Assembly (NCBI GenBank): GCA_964474185.1 | Contig: CAYYRI010000001.1 | Span: 1-28,789, forward strand | From: an uncultured Candidatus Saccharibacteria bacterium | GTDB lineage: Bacteria > Patescibacteriota > Minisyncoccia > Minisyncoccales > RBG-13-42-11 | Direction: 5' to 3' | Length of the DNA stretch: 28,789 nt | Shown: positions 6,682-13,689 of the stretch, one piece after another | How positions within the stretch are numbered: the first letter of the stretch is position 1 | How the letters are laid out: every line of letters begins with the position of its first letter | Made by a program: the position numbers and the translations under genes | The notes under the pieces: model-generated | The model's input: only the letters and a program-made list of their open reading frames with translations | What the model was told of the DNA's origin: nothing | Database searches by the model: none

Positions 6682-8163
6682 ATGCTTATTCCCAAGGAGG
6701 TAAAATTTTTAATTGGAGAATTGAAAAAGAAGGGCTTTGAAGCGTATGTCGTCGGCGGTTGCGTCAGGGATTTTTTGAGAGGAGTTTCTCCAAAAGACTG
6801 GGATGTAGCCACCTCGGCCCGACCCGAGGAAATCCAAAAAATTTTTCCTAAGAGTTTTTACGAAAACAGATTTTTGACCGTAACCGTGCAGACGGGAAGC
6901 AAGAGCCCCGAATCAAAAGAAATTGAAATAACAACTTACAGGTCGGAAGCAAGATATACCGACAAGCGCCATCCTGACGAAATAAAATTCGCCGAAACCC
7001 TGGAAGAAGATTTGGGAAGAAGGGATTTCACGATAAATGCCATGGCCATCGACTTGGCTAAGCCAAGTTTCAAAACAAGTTTCAAAATCATCGATCCTTT
7101 TAACGGTCAACAGGATCTGAAGAATAAAATGATTCGGGCTGTTGGCAATGCCCAAGACCGGTTCGCCGAGGACGCTTTGAGGATGATGAGAGCGGTCAGG
7201 TTTGCCGCAACTTTGGACTCATCCGTCAGCTGGCGGATAGAAGAAAAAACGCAGGAAGCGATCAAAAATAATTCTTTCTTATTGAAGGCGATTTCCCAGG
7301 AAAGAGTCAGAGACGAATTGATGAAAATTATTATGACAGAGAGAGCGATGGAGGGTATAGAACTTTTAAGGCAGCTTAACTTGCTAAAATATATTATTCC
7401 GGAATTGGAGGAAGGTTACGGCACCAGCCAGAATAAGCATCATATATATGAATGCTACGAGCATTATTTAAGGTCCTTTGATTACGCAGTAAAACATAAT
7501 TTTAATAAGTATGTCAGACTGGCCGCTTTGTTCCATGACATCGGCAAGCCCCGGGCAAAACGGGGAGAAGGCAAGGACGCGACCTTTTACGGCCACGAGA
7601 TAATCGGAGCCAGAATGACAGCCCAAATTCTGGGCAGATTAAAATTCCCCAAAAAAGAAATTGAAAAAATAGTGAGATTGGTCAGATACCATCTTTTTTA
7701 CTATAATGTCGGAGAAGTTTCGGAGAGTTCGGTGAGGAGATTGGTTCTTAAGGTGGGTCCCGAAGACATGGAAGAATTGTTGCAGCTGAGAATGTCAGAC
7801 AGAGTGGGCTCGGGAGTTCCCAAAGCCGAACCTTACAAATTAAGGCATTTGAAATACGTGATTGAAAAAGTCGCCCAGGATCCGATTTCGGCAAAAATGC
7901 TCAAGACTTCGGGCGATACGATAATGAAAATTTTGAAAATCAAACCGGGGCCCAGAATAGGGCAAATTCTGGACGTTTTATTGGGTCTGGTTTTGCAAGA
8001 TCCGAAGAAAAACAAAAAAGAATTTCTGGAAAAGGAAATTAGAAGATTGGGAAAATTATCCGATAAAGAATTGAGGGCTTTGACCCAGAAGGCCCGGAAA
8101 GAGCGGGAAGAAATAACAATGAAAAGGGACGAAATGACGAAAAAGAAATACTGGGTGACGTAG
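6682..8163 (+). CDS. cca: CCA-adding tRNA nucleotidyltransferase (class II, with HD domain)
   Basis: 493 aa. N-terminal GGCVRDFLRGVSPKDWDVATSARPEEI and RDFTINAMA polymerase-beta motifs; HD motif LFHDIGKP. Confidence 0.9.
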   Translation: MLIPKEVKFLIGELKKKGFEAYVVGGCVRDFLRGVSPKDWDVATSARPEEIQKIFPKSFYENRFLTVTVQTGSKSPESKEIEITTYRSEARYTDKRHPDEIKFAETLEEDLGRRDFTINAMAIDLAKPSFKTSFKIIDPFNGQQDLKNKMIRAVGNAQDRFAEDALRMMRAVRFAATLDSSVSWRIEEKTQEAIKNNSFLLKAISQERVRDELMKIIMTERAMEGIELLRQLNLLKYIIPELEEGYGTSQNKHHIYECYEHYLRSFDYAVKHNFNKYVRLAALFHDIGKPRAKRGEGKDATFYGHEIIGARMTAQILGRLKFPKKEIEKIVRLVRYHLFYYNVGEVSESSVRRLVLKVGPEDMEELLQLRMSDRVGSGVPKAEPYKLRHLKYVIEKVAQDPISAKMLKTSGDTIMKILKIKPGPRIGQILDVLLGLVLQDPKKNKKEFLEKEIRRLGKLSDKELRALTQKARKEREEITMKRDEMTKKKYWVT

Positions 8164-8167
8164 TTCG

Positions 8168-8304
8168 GTTATCACTTTTCCAAAGAAACACAATAATTTT
8201 CCCCAGCGTGGAAAATTTTGTTCGGCTCTCGGCCTCGCTCTTCCCGCTTTAGCGGGAAACCGTGCCCGTTCGGCCTCCGAGACGTTCTTTGAGAAAAGGA
8301 TAAC
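8168..8304 (+). repeat. 137-nt element closed by about 21-nt inverted repeats, with a GC-rich structured interior
   Basis: GTTATCACTTTTCCAAAGAAAC (8168-8189) pairs with GTTCTTTGAGAAAAGGATAAC (8284-8304). Inner hairpins are AATTTTCC/GGAAAATT and TTCCCGC-TTTA-GCGGGAA. Confidence 0.5.
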
Positions 8305-8376
8305 CTCACTTTACTGAAAAATTTTTACCTCGCTTGAATTTGATTATTTAGAAATTAAGATTTAGAAATTATTATA

Positions 8377-8447
8377 CGGGGCATAGTATACCGGTAGTAC
8401 GCACGCTTCGGGTGCGTGAAGATTGGGTTCAATTCCCAATGCCCCGA
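8377..8447 (+). tRNA. tRNA-Pro (anticodon CGG)
   Basis: 71 nt. Acceptor CGGGGCA/TGCCCCG (the C1:G72 pair typical of bacterial tRNA-Pro), anticodon stem CACGC/GCGTG, loop TT-CGG-GT, T arm TTGGG-TTCAATT-CCCAA, discriminator A. CCA is not encoded. Confidence 0.9.
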
Positions 8448-8450
8448 CAT

Positions 8451-8524
8451 GGGCCTGTAGTAAAACGGCATTACGCGGCATTCGCATTGCCGAGGTCCGG
8501 GTTCAATTCCCGGCAGGTCCACCA
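8451..8524 (+). tRNA. tRNA-Ala (anticodon CGC), CCA encoded
   Basis: Acceptor GGGCCTG/CAGGTCC with the G3:U70 alanine identity pair, loop TT-CGC-AT, T arm CCGGG-TTCAATT-CCCGG, ACCA 3' end. Confidence 0.92.
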
Positions 8525-11286
8525 TGAATTCAATGCCTTTTCTCTGGATAATTTTTAGTTATTTTTTAGGGTCTATTCCCTTCGGTTATTTAATCGGCCG
8601 TTTATCGGGAAAAAATGTTTTAGAAGTTGGCTGGAGAAAAACTTCGGGCAGCAATGTTTTTAAAAACGTAGGAAAATGGCAGGGAGTTTTGACTGCAATT
8701 TTAGATGTTTCCAAAGGATATGCGGCAGTTTACGGAGCCAGGACGCTGGGCCTATCTTCGGAAGTTCAGGTTCTTTCCGGGGTGGCGGCGGTTACGGGCC
8801 ATAATTGGTCTCTGTTTTTGAAATTTGCCGGAGGGCGGGGCATCGGCACCTTTGCCGGCGCCTTTTTGGCTTTGTCTCCCCAAATTCTTCTCTTTTCCAT
8901 CATCCCCCTTATTATTTTAGCCATTGTTTGGAATGCCGCAATCGGGACCATTTTATTTTTATTCACTGCAATTTTCCTTTCCCGGTATCTTAATCAATTT
9001 GGGACGGCGGGAGTTTTTACAACTTTGTCCTTAGTCCCCATTTTCATTAAAAGATTAAGCCCGATCGAAGAAATCAAAGAATCTCAGAGAAAAGCGCAAT
9101 TATTAAGAAATCGTCTTATTTTTGACGATGACGTGGCTTTGTTGGAGTTGAGAATCAAAAGAATTTTCCAAAAAACAAAAGGCAGCCACGGTTTATTTAT
9201 GAAAATAATGAAACCCGTTACCGCTCCTTTCTGGCTGCCCCCGAAAGTCGGCTGGCAGGTGGCGAAATTCGGGGTAAAGATGGCTAAAAAACCGATAGGC
9301 AAATTTATTTTGAAACCTCAGGAAAAAGTCGTTAACGAAATTAAAACAGAGGACTTTAAAAAAATGATGGTCGCCGCCGCCAAAAAAATCGTTGTGCATC
9401 AGGAGGAAATCAACAAAATAAACGTTTTCCCCGTGGCGGACAAAGATACTGGTTATAATTTGGCGGCTACTTTATTGGGGATTGAGGGAACAATCTCCCA
9501 AAGAAATTACCAAACCCTTAGAGAGTTGACCAAAGACATCAAAGAGGCGGCGATGATTAACGCCAGGGGAAACGCCGGAATGATTTACACGGGTTATCTG
9601 ATTGAAGTTCTGGACAGAGTGAAACATTTGGAAACGATAGATGCCTTTCATTTGGCTCTGGCGATGCGAAGAGGGATAAAAGCGGCAAGATCCTCCATTG
9701 CGGAACCCGTGGAAGGAACGATTTTGGACACGGTAAAAGCCGCCGGAGAAAGAGCTTATGAAGTCGCCAAATTTAAAGATCCCGCCCTCGGCAAACAGGA
9801 AAAAAACATAATTAAAATGCTGGAGGAAGCTCAGAAGAGCTCGGATATCGCCCTTAAAGAAACGAAAGAGAAATTACAAGTTTTGAAGGAAAACGACGTG
9901 GTTGATGCCGGGGCCCTGGGTTTCGTCAAAATCTTAGAGGCCTGGGTTGAAAGCCTGAAGGGAGTTGAAGTAGCCAGCCCCATTTTTTCGCCGGAAACAG
10001 AAGAGAAGCTAAAATACAGAGTCGAAGAGGATAAATCCTCTTCTTCACCCTTCGCTGCGGCTCGGGTATACGAAGTGGTGCTGAGTTTCAGAAAAAATAA
10101 AGAAATCAGCGCAGAAGATTTAAAAAATGAATTATCTTCTTTGGGCGACAGTTTGGAGATTCTGGAACTGGAAGACAAAATCAAACTTCATATTCATACG
10201 AACGAGCCGGAGCTTGTTCGAGAAAAATTCAGGCACTTGCCGGAGTTTGAATCAAGGGTCGAAGAGCTTTTATGCTCTTCTTCACCCTTCGCTGCGGCTC
10301 GGGCGATTGAAGACATGGAACATCCGGGCTTGGCAGGCGATGAATCTAAAGATTCATCTTCACCTACCCGAGCGCAGCGAAGGGTGGAAAAGAACAGAAT
10401 GTTCTTTGATTCGCCTCGCCGCGCGCTCGGCTTGGTGGTTGATGAAGTTGCCGATTTACCGAAAGAATTTTTAGAAAAATATAATATTGAAGAAGTGCCT
10501 TTTACGACCAGGTTTCCGGACGGAGAATTCATCACTTCAAAAGAAGATATTTATCAGAAAATGAAAGAAGCTTTGGCAACCGGGCGCCATTTGCCCACTA
10601 CTGCCGCCCCTTCGTTCAAAAATTTCCTTTCGGTTTATCAAAACGCTCTGAAAAATTTTGAAAAAATTTTGGTGATCACCATTTCTTCGAAGCTTTCCGG
10701 CGCTTACAGTTCGGCCAGAATCGCCCGTTCCGTTTTCAAAAAACCGGAAAAGCTTGATATCTTCGTTTTCGACTGTTTTACCGCCGAAGTCGGCGAAGGT
10801 CTGGCCGCGATAAAAACGCAGGAATTGATTTCCCAGGGCAAAACGACCGAAGAGATTGTGGAAAAACTGAAAGAATTTTGTCCAAAGATTACTTTATTGG
10901 CCTGCATAGACGATTTTAAATACGTAGTCAGGGGAGGAAGAGTCAGATTGCCAAAAATATTCATTGGACCTACCTCGTTCATCCAGAAATTGGGAATCAG
11001 GTTTTTGGTGGGTTTGAAAAACGGAAAGGTCAAATTCTTCGGGGCGAGTTTGGGGAAAGACAAGGCGAGAATCCTGGCCGAAGAGATTGATCTGCAAAGA
11101 CGAGGCGGAGCTATCCAGGTGGCCATAGCCCACGCCGATAATTTGAAAGAAGCCCAGAAACTTAAAACCGAACTGGAAAAAAGGCCCCAAATAAAAGTTT
11201 TATACATTTCTTCGGTATCGCCGGTGGTGGCAACCCATACGGGGCCCGGGGCGCTTCTCGCGGCCTTTCATCCGATTGACAAATAA
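8524..11286 (+). CDS. plsY: Single ORF fusing a PlsY-like acyl-phosphate:G3P acyltransferase, a Dak2/DhaL (FakA-like) kinase module and a DegV (FakB-like) fatty-acid-binding domain
   Basis: PlsY part, residues 1 to about 195: LGSIPFGYLIG, DVSKGY, GHNWSLFLKFAGGRGIGT, multiple TM helices. Dak2 part, about 270-480: INVFPVADKDTGYNLAAT. Central part: LGDSLEILELEDKIKLHIHTNEP. DegV part, about 637-920: VVDEVADLPKEFLEKYNIEEVPF...TTAAPSFKNFL...ITISSKLSGAYSSA. No stop codon anywhere in 920 codons. Confidence 0.85.
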   Translation: MNSMPFLWIIFSYFLGSIPFGYLIGRLSGKNVLEVGWRKTSGSNVFKNVGKWQGVLTAILDVSKGYAAVYGARTLGLSSEVQVLSGVAAVTGHNWSLFLKFAGGRGIGTFAGAFLALSPQILLFSIIPLIILAIVWNAAIGTILFLFTAIFLSRYLNQFGTAGVFTTLSLVPIFIKRLSPIEEIKESQRKAQLLRNRLIFDDDVALLELRIKRIFQKTKGSHGLFMKIMKPVTAPFWLPPKVGWQVAKFGVKMAKKPIGKFILKPQEKVVNEIKTEDFKKMMVAAAKKIVVHQEEINKINVFPVADKDTGYNLAATLLGIEGTISQRNYQTLRELTKDIKEAAMINARGNAGMIYTGYLIEVLDRVKHLETIDAFHLALAMRRGIKAARSSIAEPVEGTILDTVKAAGERAYEVAKFKDPALGKQEKNIIKMLEEAQKSSDIALKETKEKLQVLKENDVVDAGALGFVKILEAWVESLKGVEVASPIFSPETEEKLKYRVEEDKSSSSPFAAARVYEVVLSFRKNKEISAEDLKNELSSLGDSLEILELEDKIKLHIHTNEPELVREKFRHLPEFESRVEELLCSSSPFAAARAIEDMEHPGLAGDESKDSSSPTRAQRRVEKNRMFFDSPRRALGLVVDEVADLPKEFLEKYNIEEVPFTTRFPDGEFITSKEDIYQKMKEALATGRHLPTTAAPSFKNFLSVYQNALKNFEKILVITISSKLSGAYSSARIARSVFKKPEKLDIFVFDCFTAEVGEGLAAIKTQELISQGKTTEEIVEKLKEFCPKITLLACIDDFKYVVRGGRVRLPKIFIGPTSFIQKLGIRFLVGLKNGKVKFFGASLGKDKARILAEEIDLQRRGGAIQVAIAHADNLKEAQKLKTELEKRPQIKVLYISSVSPVVATHTGPGALLAAFHPIDK
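10021..10075 (+). repeat. GC-rich hairpin repeat, in phase inside the fusion ORF (encodes VEEDKSSSSPFAAARVYE)
   Basis: GTCGAAGAGGATAAATCCTCTTCTTCACCCTTCGCTGCGGCTCGGGT contains the hairpin GAAGAGGA-TAAA-TCCTCTTC. About 46 of 52 nt are identical to the intergenic copy at 20401-20452. Confidence 0.8.
10258..10413 (+). repeat. Cluster of three hairpin-repeat modules (one direct, one hairpin-only, one inverted) forming the linker before the DegV domain
   Basis: 10258-10303: GTCGAAGAGCTTTTATGCTCTTCTTCACCCTTCGCTGCGGCTCGGG. 10339-10358: GATGAATCTAAAGATTCATC. 10366-10413: ACCCGAGCGCAGCGAAGGGTGGAAAAGAACAGAATGTTCTTTGATTCG, the reverse complement of the family consensus with a different but still paired hairpin. 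Confidence 0.75.
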
Positions 11287-11350
11287 GTTTTTTTTGTTAG
11301 AATTAAATCAGTCCGTGAAAATTGCGGACACTTTTATTAACAAATAACAA

Positions 11351-11463
11351 CCCATATCGGAGATGGGTCGGAAGAACCCTCTGGTTCTTCCGTATAGGAA
11401 AACAGCCGGGCTTTGCCCGCGTTAGAAACCGAGGGTTTCTAAAGAGCGAGCGTAAGCGAGCGA
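11351..11463 (+). repeat. About 110-nt structured repeat, copy 1 (inverted copy at 21880-21984)
   Basis: CCCATATCGGAGATGGGTCGGAAGAACCCTCTGGTTCTTCCGTATAGGAAAA ... AAACCGAGGGTTTCTAAAGAGCGAGCGTAAGCGAGCG. The core of about 48 nt is nearly identical to the reverse complement of 21937-21984. Confidence 0.7.
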
Positions 11464-11481
11464 CTAAACTTTGTAATACCT

Positions 11482-13689
11482 ATGGACATAAAAAATTTTG
11501 CATCGGCCATCGCCCAAATTGCCGAAGAAAAAGGCATTTCAGCGGAAAAGGTTTTGGAAACCATTGAGATGGCCATCGCCGCCGCTTACAAAAAGGATTA
11601 CGGCAAAAAAGGCCAAATAATCAAAGCCAAGCTTGATTCGGAATCTGGCGATGTTAAGTTTTGGCAGGTGAAATTGGCGGTTGCAAAATCAATGATTTAT
11701 TCCGAAGAAGAATTGAAAAAGCTCGCGGAGAAAGCCGCAATTTCTCAAAGGCCAGTTTCCGTCGAGAATGAATTCTCGGAAGAAGAAATCAAAGGCGAAA
11801 AGAAAGTTCGTTTTAACCCCGAGAAGCATATTATGCTCGAGGACGCAAAAAAGATAAAACCGAAAATAAAAGCGGGCGAAGAGTTTGAAACGCCTTTGGA
11901 ACCTCAGAAAGATTACGGAAGAATTGCCGCCCAGACGGCAAAACAAGTAATTCTCCAGCGAATCAGGGAAGCGGAAAAAGAAAGCATATTCTCTGAATAT
12001 AAATCCAAGGAAGGAGAAATAATTTCCGGTATCGTCCAGAGGATCGAGGGCAGAAACGTCTTTTTGGACATAGGCAAGACATTGGGCGTTTTGCCGAGAG
12101 AAGAGCAGGTTATGGGAGAATTTTACCGCCCCGGCCAGCGGCTTAAAGCATACGTTTTGAAAGTTGATGAAACCCCTAAGGGCCCAATAATTTTTTTATC
12201 AAGAGCTTATCCAAAATTGATTTCAAAGCTTTTTGAATTAGAGGTGCCTGAAATTTCTTCCGGCCAGGTCCAGATAAAATCAATTGCCAGAGAGGCTGGT
12301 TCGAGGTCGAAAATTGCGGTGGCGACCGAAGCGGATGGAGTAGATCCGATAGGAAGCTGTTTTCCGGGCAGAACTTTAATTCTAATGGAGGATTTCAGTT
12401 ATAAACCCATTGTTCAACTATCAAAAGGAGAAGTAGTTTTCACTCATTTAGGGAACCGAGAAATAATCTCAAAAACTTTTAAAAGGATATGGAATGGAAC
12501 TACTTTAAAATTTGAAGTTTTTGGAATTCACCAGAATTTAGAAGTTACTAAAGAACATCCGTTGCTTTTTACCCTTGGCTACGACCAAAAAAAAGAATTT
12601 AAAGAAGCTTCGAGAATTAAAAAAGGCTATTTAGCAATCCCTACTTTAGAAAATGTAGTATTTGATAAAACTATTTATCATTTCGAAAAAGAAAAAGATT
12701 TTTTATGGGTTTTGGGAATATATTTAGCTGAGGGTTCTTTGGATCGCGCGGAGGTTAATTTCACCCTCTCTAAACAAGAAAAAGATAAAGCATTAAAGAT
12801 AAAAGATATAATGGAAAAATATGGGGGCAAGGTTTATATTAGAGAATCTAACTGTCGCCCTTCAGTTTTAGATATTAAATTATTTGGAGAATATTGGAGA
12901 AAAATATTCAAAGAATTGGGCGGAGAGTATTGCGATAGAAAAAAAATAAATTCAAGATTAATGTTTTTAAGCCCAAAATTACAACTCGAAATTTTCAAAG
13001 GGTGGAAAGATGGAGATGGTTATTTTGATAAGAAAAGAAACCGAACTATAATAGTTACAACCTCAGAGAATCTTCTATGGCAGATGTATCATATTTTACT
13101 TAGAAATAAAATTAGAGCCAATATGCAAAAACGAAAAGACCGAGAGGGTCGAAAAGATGCTTATCAATTGGAAATCGCCAATAATAAGACGAGAGATTAT
13201 CGGGGATTTTTTCGAGGTGATTATTATTTTTCACGCATCAGAAAAATAGAAAGAGGACCTTGTTCTTCGGGCCGCCAGGTTTACAACCTTGAGGTAGGGG
13301 ATGATAATTCCTATATAGCTTACTCAGTGGCAGCACATAATTGTGTCGGCCAAAAAGGAACGAGAGTAATGGCCGTGATAAACGAACTGGGCGGAGAAAA
13401 AATCGATATTATCGAATATTCGCCAGAACCCGAAAGGTATATTGCCAACGCCTTATCCCCCGCCAAAGTTTTAGAAGTAAAAATTCTGCCGAAAAATAAA
13501 GCCCAGGCCGTTGTTCCCGAAGACCAATTGTCTTTGGCCATCGGCAAAGACGGCCAAAACGTCAGATTAGCGGCGAAATTAACGGGCTGGAAAATAGACG
13601 TTAAGGGTCCGGAAGAGGAAAAAAAACAAGAAGTCGAAGAAACAAAAAAAATAAAAAAACCAAGAAAAAAACCCAAAAATAAAATATGA
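11482..13689 (+). CDS. nusA: Transcription termination/antitermination factor NusA, interrupted by an intein
   Basis: N-terminal domain, S1 ([21 protein letters not shown]) and KH1/KH2 domains. The extein junction DPIGS|C...HN|[24 protein letters not shown] restores the conserved DP(V/I)G(A/S)CVG motif. Lys-rich C-terminal tail. Confidence 0.95.
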   Translation: MDIKNFASAIAQIAEEKGISAEKVLETIEMAIAAAYKKDYGKKGQIIKAKLDSESGDVKFWQVKLAVAKSMIYSEEELKKLAEKAAISQRPVSVENEFSEEEIKGEKKVRFNPEKHIMLEDAKKIKPKIKAGEEFETPLEPQKDYGRIAAQTAKQVILQRIREAEKESIFSEYKSKEGEIISGIVQRIEGRNVFLDIGKTLGVLPREEQVMGEFYRPGQRLKAYVLKVDETPKGPIIFLSRAYPKLISKLFELEVPEISSGQVQIKSIAREAGSRSKIAVATEADGVDPIGSCFPGRTLILMEDFSYKPIVQLSKGEVVFTHLGNREIISKTFKRIWNGTTLKFEVFGIHQNLEVTKEHPLLFTLGYDQKKEFKEASRIKKGYLAIPTLENVVFDKTIYHFEKEKDFLWVLGIYLAEGSLDRAEVNFTLSKQEKDKALKIKDIMEKYGGKVYIRESNCRPSVLDIKLFGEYWRKIFKELGGEYCDRKKINSRLMFLSPKLQLEIFKGWKDGDGYFDKKRNRTIIVTTSENLLWQMYHILLRNKIRANMQKRKDREGRKDAYQLEIANNKTRDYRGFFRGDYYFSRIRKIERGPCSSGRQVYNLEVGDDNSYIAYSVAAHNCVGQKGTRVMAVINELGGEKIDIIEYSPEPERYIANALSPAKVLEVKILPKNKAQAVVPEDQLSLAIGKDGQNVRLAAKLTGWKIDVKGPEEEKKQEVEETKKIKKPRKKPKNKI
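12358..13341 (+). mobile_element. Intein (328 aa) with LAGLIDADG homing-endonuclease domain inside nusA
   Basis: Cys1 ([13 protein letters not shown]), block B TKEHP, LAGLIDADG motifs LGIYLAEGS and [11 protein letters not shown], block [23 protein letters not shown] followed by +1 Cys. In frame (residues 293-620). Visibly more AT/Lys-rich than the flanking nusA sequence. Confidence 0.9.

Noticed and set aside
10704-11207. 167-aa and 98-aa antisense ORFs inside the DegV domain region (similar antisense ORFs occur at 1946-2302, 9831-10535 and 25079-25543)
   Set aside because: They lie entirely within strongly supported sense-strand genes. No motifs were found; they are typical shadow ORFs.
11322-11567. 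81-aa ORF upstream of and overlapping nusA
   Set aside because: It is composed of the 11351-11463 structured repeat plus the out-of-frame nusA start. The Arg/Lys-rich translation shows no domain.
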